63,848 bases of DNA, filler included, from Hyphochytrium catenoides (GCA_900088475.1; 12 parts of 12 records of this genome joined end to end with filler, not necessarily neighbours in it); one strand, 5' to 3'. Shown: positions 30,393-44,445, numbered from the whole stretch's first letter. A program made the numbers and translations. The notes: generated by a model not told the origin, from the letters alone.

Positions 30393-30855
30393 TTCTCTCA
30401 CTCTCTCTTTCTCTCGCTCGCTCTTTTCTCGCTCTTTTTTTTTCTCTCTCTCTCCCTCTCTTTTTCTCTCTCTCTCTCCCTTTTTTTTATATCTCTCTCT
30501 CTTCCTCTTTTCTTTCTCTCTTTTTCTCTCTTTTTTCATCTCGTCTCTCTAGTTTCTCTCTGTGTGTGTGTCTTGCTGTGTCTGTCTGTCTGTGGGTTTG
30601 GCACTCTTCTCTCTTTCTCGCTTCCCCTGCCTTCGTCTCTCTCTTTCTTTCTCTCTCTTTCTTTCTCTCTCTTTCTGCCTCTTCACATTTTTATGGACAT
30701 CTCTGTCACCTATCAATGTCTCTCTAACATCGTCATGCGGACCTTCTCTCTTTTGCCTGCCTCCCCTCTCTTTCTCTTCTATGCCACACATACACTCTCT
30801 TTCAACATCTCTCCTCTCTCTCTACTTTCTTCTCTCTCTTTTTCTCTCTCTCTCT

Positions 30856-30894
<39 letters not shown>

Positions 30895-31090
30895 CACAGA
30901 CCTTTCCCGCGGGCACCTGGGTGAAGGTTTCCGTGGCGAACTCTCTCTCTCTCCGTTGGAGCAGCGGCGCCGCGCAGGTGCTGCCCTCTGACACTCTGGT
31001 GGAGAGCGGCGCGCTCTGTCTCGACAGCCCTGGCACCGCCAGATATCGAGGCTTCAACGCCCTCACAGCCTCTGTTGAGGGATACATCAC

Positions 31091-31132
<42 letters not shown>

Positions 31133-31278
31133 TGAGTGTGTGGCGGTGATTTCTAAGTGGAGGATCAGGGAAGGGAGAGAGCATGTGGGAAGGATGGTGA
31201 AGAGACAGAGGGGAGAGAACTCTGTTGACACTATCCTAGAAGGTCTGGAGGCAAAGAGAAGGAATAGAGAGAGAGCAC

Positions 31279-31314
<36 letters not shown>

Positions 31315-31538
31315 AAAGAGAGAGTGGCTGGCTCTCGCGTGTTTGCTTCCAACTATTGACGAATGAGCGAGACACTCAAAGTGTTCAAGGTTTCTCTCAC
31401 AGTTTTCTACTGTCTCTTGNNCTGACGCCGCGGGCTCTGTGCGGCCCAGCTCGGGGTCCAACCTTGAGGACAAGAAGAAAAGTGGTGGAGAACCTTCCCC
31501 AGGACTACTCTGCGACGCTAACAGAGGAGTCATTCAGG
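30138..31538 (+). CDS. Fragments of a multi-exon cysteine-rich, possibly secreted protein embedded in CT/GA microsatellite introns
   Basis: Non-repetitive exon-like islands bounded by AG/GT: DLSRCSPAVCSRL..CRCLCELSGACK..CNCFQCAASND (30138-30347) and TFPAGTWVKVSVANS..GFNALTASVEGYIT (30900-31092). Confidence 0.45.
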
Positions 31539-31547
31539 GTACACCTC

Positions 31548-31588
<41 letters not shown>

Positions 31589-32993
31589 GTCTCTCTCGCT
31601 CTCGCTCTGAGTGTCTTCTCCTTTCTGTTTCTTTCCTCTGTTTGCTGTCCCTGTATCTTCCTTTTCTATCTTTCCCTTCCATTCCGTCCTTTTCTGGCAA
31701 CCTCTCTTTCTCTTCTCTCTCTCCCTTCTCTCTCCCTGCTCTCCTGCTCTTACCTTCCCCATTAACGCTCTCTCTCTCTCTCTCTCTCTCACACACACTC
31801 TCTCTCTCTCTCTCTCTCTCCCATTTGTCCTGCTCCTACCGTCCGCCTTAAACTCTTTCTTTCCCTCACTCCTCTCTCTCTCTCTNNNNNNNNNNNNNNN
31901 NNNNNNNNNNNNNNNNNNNNNNNNNNNNNTTAATTAATTAANNNNNNNNNNNNNNNNNNNNNNNNNNNNNNNNNNNNNNNNNNNNCATTCATGTGTGCAC
32001 TCTTTCTTCCCTCTTTCCTGCTCTCGCACCGAGCACATCTATCAACTAAAAGTCGTACAGTACAGTGAGTACAATCCGAGGAGGACAAGACAGCATAAGG
32101 AAGAGAAACAGAAAGAGTTTGAAGGAGGCACCCTTTGCTCACGGTGGGTGGGAGCATCCTGATACTTTAAGCTCAATAGGCAAATCCCGACCGACCACCC
32201 ACCTCCCCAGTCAAGACGGATTGAGGCGGGTGGGGGGACAGTGATGCCCAATCGGAATCCGTACAGCTAACGGACAAGATATTCTATAATGTGAAAAAGG
32301 TAATTCAGGATCAGTACATATTTTGCCAGTTTTGCAGGTTTTTTATCTGGGACAGAGGCCCAACATCATGCGTGATCTTTATGGTTGACTGGCCCAAAAC
32401 TTCAGCTCAGATTTTTGAAACTTAGCGCCAGGAAAAGAGAGAGTGGGTCTTTCCCAAGCTTTGATTTTTCAACCTTAAGGTAGTGAGTTTGAAGAGTCTG
32501 ACAATTTATATAGGTCATGTTCCATACTCCGTGGTGTGTTTGAAGGTTTGAGAGGGTGATGGGTTTGCTTCAATACTTGGTTTGGTCGATTTCAGTTGAT
32601 GTTTTTGTTGAGCTGGAGGGCCAGGATGTCAAGTGTCGCGATTACTTGTAAGACATAGAGATCAAGACAGAGTCTAGGACAGAGAGAGGAAGAGAAAGCA
32701 GGTGGATGGCACAATGCGAAGGACGAGACAGAGCGGGAGAGAGATATGAAGAGGCAGACTGCAGGTACGACCAGGACCTGATAAATCGATAGAAATAATC
32801 TGTGGCCGATAGACAGAGTAACAGACAGAGTGAGTAGGAGCGACACACAATCCATCATGGAACCGTGGGAATCCATAAGAAACCCTAGAGAGGCTGTTTA
32901 CTGCGGGTGAGTGAGACAGAGAGGGTGAAAGAGAGAGAAGAAAGAAACAGAGAAGAGAAAGGTAAAGAAGATAAGATAGAGAGAAAGAGAGCA

Positions 32994-33028
<35 letters not shown>

Positions 33029-34659
33029 AGAGAGAAACCCGCAACACCTTTCCTCAGGATTATTTAGAATTACCGCATGGACTGTTGGCGCTAGCTGCCG
33101 CCGGCTGATTGACCCGGCGGCACAGCAGCTCGGGTTTCGCTATCATTCTTCTCTCTTTTGCAGTTGCGAGCCGTCTGAGATCTTCTGAAAGAACGCGCTG
33201 AGAATGTCCCCTCTTCTCGTCTGGAGGACCTTACAGTGCAAGTGATCTATAGGGGTTGACCTGACACCCGTGTTCTATCTCTGTCGAAGCCTCTTCAGAC
33301 GTGTGCTCTTAATAAGTTATACGAGGTTGCCGAACAGCAGGAGGAAGCTCTCCGTCTATCCGTCGAACGTGTTCTGTGCCAAGGAGAAGCCGGAATGTAC
33401 ATGGTAACTCACGTGCTACGCGCCTCATCTTTCTTCTGGCTCCCATCACTTTTGGCATCACCGACGGCAGATGGAGTGGGACCTTGAAGTATGCCTCCCA
33501 TCTTCACCCTTAACAACTATAACTGCACGTGCGCTATCAGCCCGATTCTGTTATCTTTATGACTTCTATTACTCCCCATCCATGGCCTCTGCGTCTAACA
33601 TGATCCATCTCCAGGTCTTTCATTTGCTAAAGTGAAGGGGTTGCGTCCCTCAGGCTAGCTTCCTATTGAATTGCACGATTAGAGAGGCTACTGTTAATCC
33701 TTTCACGCTCAAAGAACAGCAAGGATGGGAAAAAACGGTGCCAAACAGACCAGCAAGTCTCCCAAAGCTGGAAGCAAGGCTCCGTCGTCTTTCCCAGCAT
33801 TAATTGAAGGGGAGGAGAAGGGCCCAAAGCCCAGCCTTGTNNNNNNNNNNNNNNNNNNNNNNNNNNNNNNNNNNNNNNNNNNNNTTAATTAATTAANNNN
33901 NNNNNNNNNNNNNNNNNNNNNNNNNNNNNNNNNNNNNNNNAGAGAGAGAGAGAGAGAGTCTAGAGTCTACCGAGGGAGCCACAAACAGTCAATGCCATAA
34001 GACCGAAGAAATAGCAGGAGGAGGCCAAGGAGGAAGGGGCTCTGCCCGATGGAGGAGAAGAGGAGACTCCGGCTGGCGGGTACATATTTTTGTTAGAGCT
34101 ACCTCCTCCTCTTCTCCTTCAGTCTCTCTCCTGTTATGGGGCAGTCGTTCTTCTTTTCCTTTCCTCTTCGCAGACAGCTGCGGTCGCAGCCAGCCGTGCT
34201 CCCAACGGTGAGGAGCAGGAGCAGGAGGAGAGAGAGAGGTCTCTGGCATTTTCCTTTTCTCTCTTTGCCTACGTTCGAGATTATTCCCTCCCCTACTGTT
34301 CTCTTTCCGCTCTCTCTCCCTCTCTGTCTGTGTGACGCTGCCCTCCGTATACCTTCTCTCTATGTCGCTCTCCTCTTCTCTGTCTCTCAGCTGCTAAGTT
34401 GTTTGGTTGGGCTCAGTCAGCTTTGAGAATCCAACAACCAGCAGGGAGCAAGACAGAGAAGTGAGAGAGGGAGTTGGTGAGAGATTCTTCAGAAGAAAGC
34501 AATCGTTTAAGGTAGGACGAGGTGAGGAAGAGCGAGAAGAGAGTGCCCATGAAGACCTTTCTTCAAAATCGTGAGCTCATCGCTCTGCCCAGCATCTCCA
34601 CAGCTCCCTCGCATAATCTCTGACACGACCTGAACATGGCGGGCTCTACAGACTGGAAG

Positions 34660-34702
<43 letters not shown>

Positions 34703-35153
34703 ACAACAGAGAACAGAGTGACGAGAGGACACAGAAAGAAAGAGCGAACAGAAAACAACTGGTAGCGAAAACCCGATAAAAAGACTGGAGAGATAAAGAG
34801 AGAGAGAAAGGGAGAGAGAGAGAGAGAGAGAAAAAGAGAGAGAGAGAGAGATAGGGAGAGAGCTTATGGGCTGGGGGAGAGAGGAAGAGGTGCAAACTCT
34901 GTTCATATGTTCCGTTCCACGGCTAGACCCTGATATATTCGCTATATGCTAAGTCCCAGGGCCCTACCACATGTCAAACCCTCTAGAAATGGTTGGCTTG
35001 GGTGTAAAGTCTGGTTTCTGGAAGATTATCATCCTTTTATTGTCGCTCCGCGGACCAGAAGGCATACAAGAGCAGAGAAAAAACGGCTGGGCATCTGTTA
35101 GAGGGACATGCAGGTGGTACCTTCCATGGTGTAACGGAAGGGAAAAGGAAGGG

Positions 35154-35213
<60 letters not shown>

Positions 35214-38200
35214 GAGGTGAGAAATGAGAAAGAGGGAGAGGAAGAGGAAGAGGAGTTGGAGAGAAAGAGGCAGAGATGGGACAACTGATAAGAGAGGAGG
35301 CTAATGTGAGAAGCCATGTCCTTTTCTCTCTCCCACAGTTTCTGGAGAGGAAGGCACCGGCGGCGTAGTAAGGCCGGGCAAGGCAGGGAAGAAGCTGCGA
35401 AAGAACCGGGACCGGAAAGTAATATGACCAGAGAGAGAGAGGGCAGAACGCAGAGGATCGAGGTGGAATGTGGGACCGGAAGCTGTCCGACCAGGGGAAG
35501 GAAGAGAAACAGGGAAATGGCGAGGAATATTGAGGCTCTAACGAGAGCTGCCACGTCTCTCTCAGGAAATGTATCAGCTTACCCACGGCACTGATGGCTC
35601 TCAGTGCGGGCCAAGAGAAGAGGAAGACTTTAGGAAGCTATTTATTCCTTGAGGAAGGACTTTATGACCTGATTATTGCATGGCGCGCGCGATAACGACC
35701 TGCCTCTCTGCTCTTTGGAAGCCCTCTCCACCCTTGCACCTGCCCTGTTCAGCTTGTTATACAGCAGAGAGCGGATGGTAAGAAGGGAGTGACTTCAGCG
35801 GGTTCAGGCGCCGCGCCAAGAATACTATTCATGGACCCAAGGTTCTTCTCCCCTTCAACCGATCCCTTCCATGCTCTCTCCCTGAGAAACTGCTACGCTG
35901 AACTCTGTCGTCCCTGCTCCTCGCTCAACATCGGCCACCTGCGAGAGAGCAGTGAAGAGGAGGAGGAGGAGCCCTGTCGTGTTAACATCGACAGGGAAAG
36001 CCCACGTCCTTTGGAGGTTCCGCAAGGTCACAAGCTAGTGGAGGACAAAGGAGGAGGGAAAAGGACCTACAACTGACGGCACTTTGACGGTAGTGCAGGA
36101 GGAACCAAAAGGGCTGAGGATGCTCCAACTGAGGTTATTATTCCTTCCAGGCCATTGGTTCTTCTGCAGCATGGGCCGGCCACTGTTATCACTTTGCCCT
36201 GCCTCGCTGAACAATCATAAAGGAGAATGTGCTTCTCTTCTTTAGCTTCGATTGCTACTTTGTCTTATGAAAGGTGACCAAAAAGGGGCACTACCAGGCT
36301 CAAGTTTCTTGGCTCGGTGTTGTCGTGATCAGATGGTAGTTCTTCAGTTTTGGGGCAAGGGCTATCGCTGTTTCCTCAGCTATATCCGTGTATCATGGGC
36401 CTCCTTCTTCTCTCATTCCCAAGAGCCATGGCGGCTGCGGCGTCCGTTGGAGGAAGGAAGAATGAGCTTGACTGCTTTCTTTCTTATGAGACGCCTACGG
36501 AAGGATCGTTGCAGCAGGGGCACCGATGCACGCCTAGAAGAAGGGAGTGCTGAGGATGAAGTGTGCTTGGCTTGCACAGTGCGACTTGTTGTTCTTGCTG
36601 GCTGCCACTTTCGTCTCACATTCTTCACATCCTAGTCCCTTCTGGACACTTTGGACTGATGAGGCAATTGACGAAACAAAGGGAAGGAAGAGCAGGCAGG
36701 AGAAGCTCATCGCTCGTCTTTAGTTTCTCGACATCACCGGCAGGCAGACTCTTCCCCGTTATAGCCTTAATATAGTTAATCTCCTGCTCCATCCTCATCG
36801 TACTACCACTGGTAGCTCCCCCCGTCTCACGTGTAGCGATGCTTGAGCGTCAATGAACGGTAGACGGACGGCGGTGATAGAGGATAAAATAGTCTTGACG
36901 CTGTTGTTAATCATCATCGGTCACAGAGGGACAGCCTACAATTGGCAGGCCAATGAACCAATAAACCGGCTGTCAGTTGACCGTTTTCATCTTCCGCCTC
37001 CTGCCTTCTTCCCTCGTCCGGTCTTCTCCTCTGTTAGTTAAAGGATCATCCTTGCCACAGGCTAGTTCTTGCTGCACTACTTGCAGGAAGGGTCACATTC
37101 TTAGGCTGCGATGGACTCAAGGATGGCACGTGACCTACTGATCCGCTTATGTGTCAGGTTATGTGGGCGACCCAGCCAACGCTCGCTAAGGCATCAATGA
37201 AAGATCTATCAGCCTTGCCCACTTCCTACTGCCCGTTCTCTCCTGGTTAGAGGAGGACCAGGAGAAGTGGGTCTTCAAGCAGACGCGGGAGGTTGCCTAG
37301 GGAGGTGGCCACTCTTCTGCTGCAGAGCACAGGGTTCTGAAAAATTGCCGCTGCTTCATCCGTTCTTTTCCCTGCTAAAAGCAGCTTTCTGCTGCACTTT
37401 CTCTACGTCGTGTTGCGCATTCTTGCCCTTCTGCTATTAAGTTCTCGTACCTTTGCTGACAGCATTACTCCGCTGCCTGCATCATCCCTGGCTTAGCCGA
37501 GGTTGCTGGGTGAGGAAACTGATCGGGTGCGGGCATACAGCCAGCTTGCTGATAGTCTTCTCCTGTCCTGCTCCCTCATCGGACGTAGAAGGAGAAAGAA
37601 CCAGTAGCGGCTCCACGGACCTTAGCGTTGCTATCCTAGCAGCAGCAGGCTCTATTCTCTCTCCCAGGATGGGCTGGCTTCATTACCCCTTTATGGCTGT
37701 TTCCATCATCCAGGGAGAGGCTGATAAAGCACCAACAAAGAAGGTCGCCAATGCACTTCGCTGCAGCTTCAACTGCTGCTCTGTCCCAGTCCGCCGCCAT
37801 ATCTTCTTCTGTCGCTCTTGCCGTGACTTTGCCGAGCTAAGAAGAAAAGGAAAACTATCGCGTGTAGATGTACAGCAGGGCAGCCTAGGTTATGTCACTA
37901 AGCAGATAATGTATCCGTTCTCCTCAACCTTCCTTAGATTGTCCCTGTTCACTCCTTGCTCCTGGCCTTCCGGGAAGCAGCATACTGCCACCAATTGCCC
38001 GGCTCTCCTGTCTCTTGGCGTTGCTGGCACATCAAGATTTAAAGACTTTTATACTTCTCATCGTCCTTCTTCGCTCTCTCCTGCTATATCTAAACAGCGT
38101 AGCACGCACCAGCTGATTCATGATAGAGCTGTCTTCATTGTCATTACTTTAGACCTAGTCACTAATCAATCCACTGCTGTCCGGCCGCTGAGCAGATGAC

Positions 38201-38631
38201 TTTGCAATAAGCATTGTTCTTCGTAGCGATAAGGATAGGGCGAGAGAAGAGGAGAAGTTTGACAGCAGAAGGGAAGCTGTAGCACTAGCTGTCGCTGAAG
38301 AATGTATTAAATAATGGGTCAGCTGGTGAATGATGCTAAGGGTGCTTGGGGCTGCTTTCTATGTGGGTCATGGACTGTGTATGAGTCACACTGCGCCACC
38401 GTCTTCCTCTATCCTCTTTGCTGACCTACACGGCAGATGGCTAGACAGCTCACTGGGCACTACCTATAGAGCCCAGCCCTAGCCAGCCAGTGCCGAAGAA
38501 GCTCTGTTACTTTAGAATACACTTATACATTTGCCACACATATCGTCGTGTGTCACAGGTTGGAGAGGTTAGCTTTGCTGTTGGGCTGGGCCTATAGCTC
38601 GAGCTCTTGACGCCGCGGGATGTGGAAGAGA

Positions 38632-39570
38632 TCACGATGCGGCGACTTCTGGAGCATCAGCTTCTATCGTGTCTGAGGGCTCCATGGACAATCCCTGCGT
38701 TCTGGAGAAAGGTGAAGGCACGTCCCGCGGAGATAAGGAATCCTTCTTAAGGGCATGAAAGTGTACCAGACAGTTGTCTTCCTTCTTTGCAAAGCGATCG
38801 CATCCTTCCACCGCACAGATTCTCTGGTCCTTGGCCCTGCTATGGCCAATGCAAAGGCCTTCCTTCTGAGCGTACTTCCCGCACCCAGGAGCAGTACATC
38901 GCCGCACCACAGCCCCGTGGCTGATGCAGTACCCATTGTTGACCACCACATTGCTGCAGTTCTCAGCCTTACAGCGTCGCACTTTGGCACCGTGAGTCAC
39001 ACATACACCACTGTTCACCACCTGACGCTGACATCCCGCGGCGCGGCAGCGCTTCACCTTGGCGCCGTGGCCGACGCAGACACCTCCGATCTTCGCTGTC
39101 TTCGTACAGTTGGGGATTTTGCACCTCCGACTCCTGGCTGCCCTCTTCTTCACTGTCTTTGTCTTGTTCTCGTCAGTTGACGGAGCTCTAGAGCCAATGC
39201 CGTCATGATGTGGGGGAACGCTGCTAGAACTGCCTGTCCCGCCTGTGTCAATGGCAGTGTGGCGGGCTCCTCCTATCACCGAGAAATCGCTTGGTCTTGG
39301 CATCGAATAGCTCCTACGCTCGTCAGAGTAGACGGCCTCAGCTGTTGGGCCTCTCACGTGGCGACCATCTCTGGCTCTGAGTGCAGGCTGGAGAATGAGC
39401 GACAAGGAACAGTTCGACTTAGAAGATGGCCAATGGAGTACGCGCTCCCGCACACTTTGGACATTTCTATCTGGCGAGCTGTTCAAGCTTACCAATGAAG
39501 GAGAGCCCATACTCTGATCCAGCACATAGGCATCCTCACCGTCGTACTGCTCTCCGCCATAGTAAGCCAT
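38632..39570 (-). CDS. Protein with five C-x4-C-x9-C-x2-H repeats (WRKY19-like zinc-finger repeats)
   Basis: CKIPNCTKTAKIGGVCVGHG, CRAAGCQRQVVNSGVCVTHG, CKAENCSNVVVNNGYCISHG, CTAPGCGKYAQKEGLCIGH, CAVEGCDRFAKKEDNCLVH. Possible in-frame 66-nt intron near the 5' end. Confidence 0.85.
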   Translation of the reverse strand: MAYYGGEQYDGEDAYVLDQSMGSPSLVSLNSSPDRNVQSVRERVLHWPSSKSNCSLSLILQPALRARDGRHVRGPTAEAVYSDERRSYSMPRPSDFSVIGGARHTAIDTGGTGSSSSVPPHHDGIGSRAPSTDENKTKTVKKRAARSRRCKIPNCTKTAKIGGVCVGHGAKVKRCRAAGCQRQVVNSGVCVTHGAKVRRCKAENCSNVVVNNGYCISHGAVVRRCTAPGCGKYAQKEGLCIGHSRAKDQRICAVEGCDRFAKKEDNCLVHFHALKKDSLSPRDVPSPFSRTQGLSMEPSDTIEADAPEVAAS

Positions 39571-41224
39571 CCTCCAGGCAATCTCTGCTGCTTCTTCCCA
39601 GTCCCTTGTTTGAGAACTTGAGAGAGGACTCTGTACGATAATTAGCAAGGACAGAGAGTGTGGAGGAGCAACAAGTCAATGTCACAGTCCAGGCAAGGCA
39701 ATCAGTTTCCCACTGACCTGGCTACTGAGGCTGCTCCGACGGGTGAGCGCCAAAGGCATGAGGACAGGCACGTCCAAACGCCGATCTTTTCTTCTGTTCT
39801 CGTCCGTCCTGCTGCTGCTTTGATAATAATCTTCTGTAGCAAGTAGTGCCAGTCTAGGAGCCTCCTCGCCACGAATGGCAATAGTAGAGAGAGGAGGAGC
39901 TGGCAGACATCCCTCAAGGAAGCCCGTCACTGCTGTCCAGTCCTGATCACGCGGCAGCCTGGCTGCATAATGATGATAAGCACCCCGAGTGGCTAGTATT
40001 CCCGGCAGACAATGCTCTCGATCAGTTCTTAACAATCTGCTGAAGTCTTTGAATCTCCAATAACTTTCTGCTGCTGCTAAAGTCCCAAGTTGGTGGCTCT
40101 TCTTACTCTGCGCAGTGGCAGCGCACTTGAAGTGGGAAATGTGATGCCGCAGGAGGAGGCAGAGAGAGGGAGAGGAGAGGGAGAGAGGAAGCTAAAGGGC
40201 TAAGAAGTGCAAGAGAGTCAATAGACGTCTCTCTAGGCGTCTCCTTTAGAGTAGATAAGGAAAAGTCCACACCCAGGGAGCGAGACTACTTTCCTCCAGT
40301 GGACCATAAAAGAAGCAAATGCGGAGTTGACCAGTGAGCAGCGGCGGAGGAGGACAAAGGAAGAGAAAGCGAGCATAAGACGAAGGGATTGACGAAGGGA
40401 AGGAGAAAGGCCATGTAATGGGGATACCTCGGCTGGCTGCAGCGGCTCTGGCCTCAGGTCTGCTGTGTTAGCGATCTATTGACTTGTAAGAAGCAACGGG
40501 CTTCCTCTCTCACCTCAGCCGCCCGACACCCGTTTGCTATCTGTGTTGTCTACCCTGATGAGCTTCAGTCTGTCCTCTTCTATCTTCTCTGCCTAGCGTT
40601 CCTCTCTTATCCTCCCTTTGGACCTTCCTCTCTGACATTCTTTGCTTCCTTTTCCTCTCAAGGAGCGGCTCTCAGCAGCAGCCTCTCTACTGGGCCAAAG
40701 CCCGTCATAACAGCTTCCTACCAAGAGGCTCCCTTGTGGAGAGAGAGATGACAGAAGAGAGGCGCAGGAGTGGAGTCAACAATGGCCCCTCGTCCTTCAA
40801 CCTCACTCTCTCTCTTTCTCCGTCTCTTTCTCTCTCTCTCCCTCTCTCTCTCTCGCTCGCTCTCTCTATCTCTATCTCTCTTCTTGGGTTGCGCTTTCCC
40901 ATTATTATTCGCCATCTCGACGGACGTGTAAAAACCATGCCACTCAGAGCCAGACCACAGCTTTCGGCAAGAGGGAGACATAGAGAAGAGGGGAATATAC
41001 AAGGGACGGGATATTCTAAGAGGAAGGTTAAGATGGAGGCAAGCAAGGAGAGAGTGGGGCCTTTTCACACCAGAAAGGAGGCGAAGCAGAGCGAACCAGC
41101 TGGGATGACGGTCAATCGGCTCTGTCCCACAACCGCCGCAATGCTCCTTCAAGCATCCTAGAATACTTGGGGGTGTGAGCAAGGGATACACAGAGAGAGA
41201 AAGAGGAGGAAGCGAGAGGGAAAG

Positions 41225-41257
<33 letters not shown>

Positions 41258-42950
41258 GGACGGGGCAGGACAAGAATAGCGGGAATAATGGCCCCAGAAC
41301 CCATCCTCACCTCTTGCCCTACAGGCACACACAAAACCTTTGACCTCTCTTCCTGGGCCACACAGCTTTCAATAATACAATTAGTACCCTTGGCCCTTTT
41401 AAACAGATGCGCTCAACTTGTGGGGTTAGAGTTGCACTGATGACCGTGGGAAACGTAGAACTTGACAAGTTAATTAGGACAACCCTTCTAGCATTCTTAT
41501 TAGTGCTGTTGTTCTACTATGCTGTTATTCTACTATAAAGGACCTGGTCCCTATTTATGTCTTGTACGTCCGACGCCTAAGAAAAGCGACAGTCCCTGAA
41601 GTTACTGTCGTTCGACCACCATCACAGGGAGAATAACAGCTGTTTGCGAGTGTTGGAGAAAGGAAGGCAGGAAGGAAGGAAGGAAGGAAGGCACTGCAGA
41701 GAGAAGAGACCAGAAGTTGTAGGAGGTGACATAGTTTGTAGAACTATGGGACAGCGAAAGGAGGGAAGAGAGCGACGCCTTGGCAACATAAACAGGGACA
41801 AACGACAGAAGGGAGTTGGGTGATCCCCTCCTTTAGCCTATCCCCGAATGGGCTAAACCTGCTCTCTACAACCAGAGAGAGAAATAGGCCCCCTCTCCTC
41901 TTGTACACCACGCATCACCAACTCTTCTGTAAAGACAGTAACACGGCCCACCCACCCTACCAGAATTCATTCGCTCATGTGTTCGATGTTCAAGGTATCC
42001 CACCCACTTCTATCACTCTTTTTCTGCGTTTGGCTGTGACGGTGCTGCCCTGTCTCTGCACCTTCTTACTAGCGAAAAAGGTGAAGTCGGCCCGGCCCAC
42101 CCACCCTTGTTCTATAAAGAGAGTGGAACTATGGAAGCCCGTCCACGGGACTCTAGTCATGACTGTTTTCGGCATTAGACCTTTAATTTGGGTATTGGAC
42201 CAGAACACCTATGTACACCTCATCAATCAGGTGCTCCGTCCTCTTTTCGGGCATTTTTAGGATGGTTCTAGAACTAATTTGTTCTTTCTCGTGTTGAAGG
42301 CGAAGATGAAAGGGGGTCAGGGGGAGAAATTTCGGCGCCTGTCTGTTGCTGTTGGTGGGTTGGTGGGTTGGTGGGTTGGTAGTGCTATGGTGTGACAGGT
42401 GCGGGCCAGCCGCCGCTGCTGCTGCTGCTGCTGCTCACCAGCCCTCCTCCTGTCGTCCGGAGCAGCATGTCCGCCTGCTGAGTCCTTTACAGGCCTGCTG
42501 ACCGTCCTTAACGGCTCACTTCTGTTTCTTCTTCTTCTTCTATTTCTTTTAACAGAGTTAGTTCAGTCCTCCTCACCTGACCAGCAGCTGAGGATTGGTG
42601 CGGAGAGGCGCGGGGAAGCGGGGCCGCCGCCTGTTGTGGCGCTCCCTCCTACCTGCTGCTTGTGGCCACTGCCGCTTCCCACTTCTCTGCTAGCTGCACT
42701 CAGGGTGTTCCTCTTCCTTAATGATAATGATCTACTTCCGTTCTGTCTTGGTGATGTCCTGCCGGGCGTGGAGTCCCTTTGTACCTTTNNNNNNNNNNNN
42801 NNNNNNNNNNNNNNNNNNNNNNNNNNNNNNNNTTAATTAATTAANNNNNNNNNNNNNNNNNNNNNNNNNNNNNNNNNNNNNNNNNNNNAGAGAGAGACCA
42901 AGAGAGAGGGAGAGAGAGAGAGTAAAAAATTTTGAGGAGCGTTTGTAAAC

Positions 42951-43296
42951 CTGTCAGGGAGCGTTTCTTGCTCTGTTCCTTATCAGTCTCTTCATGATCT
43001 TCTTCTCCCTCCGACACCCCGTCTGCGCTTTGACTTGCATCTTCTTCCTCTCTCTCTTCGTCCTCATCTTCTGACTGCAGATCTACCGGAACTGCCTCTC
43101 CTTCGACGGCCCAGTCATCCGCCAGATCATCATCAGTGCGCAGCGTGTCTCCTTCCGGTCGCTCTTCCATAATGTTTTCTGCTGCTCCTGCGCTTCTCTT
43201 TCTCGGCTCCTCTTCTCCTTGTTCTCTCCTCGTCACTTTGCTCTGTTCGCCCTCCAATTCCTTCTTTCCCGATGCAGCCTTCTTGCCGCGCGCCAT
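42951..43296 (-). CDS. First exon of an acidic/basic low-complexity, nucleolar-type protein (weak CMSS1-like DDLADDW motif); truncated
   Basis: ATG MARGKKAASGKK..DDDLADDWAVE..acidic tract, ending at an AG|GTTTAC donor before the linker. Confidence 0.4.
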
Positions 43297-43560
43297 TTGA
43301 ACCCTGTCCTGCCAGTGATTTATTGAGAGGAACACCTTTCTCCCTTTTGCTCTCTCTCTCTTGGGTGCCCCTTGCTTTAGCTCGCACGTTCGGATCTGAG
43401 ACAGTTGCGGTCTGCAGTCCGTTATCTGCAGCAGTCTCCGCTGACAGCTTCATGTCTCTGTTCATTTCTACGTCCTCCTCTCTCTATGCTTTTTCCTGCC
43501 CCCAATCTCCCCCTCCCCTCTGTCTCTGTCTTACTCTCTCACTGTCTGTCTCTCTGTCTC

Positions 43561-43591
<31 letters not shown>

Positions 43592-44445
43592 TTCTCTTTC
43601 TCTCTCTCTGTTCTGCAGCACCTGTCGTCCCTCCTCAGATCCAGCCATCTTCAGAATCCCCTACCATCCGAAAATAGTGTATAGCTGCACCAGGCTGTTG
43701 GGGATTATAGGCTACCTCCTTAACACCAGCCACTCACAAAGAAAGGAAAAGGCACAGCCGAAACTAACAGAAAAAGCTCATATTTAAACTCCTCGGGGAC
43801 GCCTTGGCCAGATTCTCTTCGTGCAAACGTCGTTAGATTCGGAGTTTGAGGTCTTTATTCGTTAAGAAATCTCAATCTTTTGAAGCTCTAATAAATATCC
43901 ATCCAGAGTCTCTCTCCATCTGGAAATCTTTGACTGAGAGTTCCTAACGATCGGCGGTCTCGGCAAAGAAGAGCTTTAACGGTCAGCAACGTTGCCTGGG
44001 TCGTACAGCTTCTACACGTTGCATTGGTGCCCTGCATGTATCTGTTAAGGAAAAGCGGAAGAAGGAGATGAAGGGACGCGCAGGCGCATGCAGAGTTCCT
44101 GAAGGAAGAGCAAAGATAATAAGCAGCAACGGGGGAGCAACAAGTAAGAGGGAAGAGAGACAAAGAGGGTAATAAGGGAGAGTAGAGGAAAGGAAAGTTA
44201 AGAAGAGCAAAGAAAGAAGGAGGGAGTTGATCCTTTTGAAGGATTCAAAGAGGGTGGGGTGAATCCTTCGAAGAGAGGTGCATATGACCGCCTTTCGGTG
44301 ACAGGTTAGCCAACGAGACTGCTGCTGACTTTCCTTAGCCCCACAGATACGAACATTGGTATAGACAAACCAGCATTACCTCCATAGATAAATGCCTACA
44401 GACGCTTCACTACGTGAAGCTAGCAACCGCCTAGTGGACACAATA

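Noticed and set aside
33096-33122. GC hairpin TGCCGCCGG-N9-CCGGCGGCA next to CTAG
   Set aside because: Spacing to CTAG is too short for a Helitron end and no matching 5' end seen; a bacterial-style terminator is irrelevant here.
37453-38199. 248-aa ORF
   Set aside because: TTG start, no motifs or splice support, composition looks non-coding.
44235-44272. Short ~13-bp inverted repeat (TTGAAGGATTCA..TGAATCCTTCGA)
   Set aside because: Too short to interpret without other evidence.
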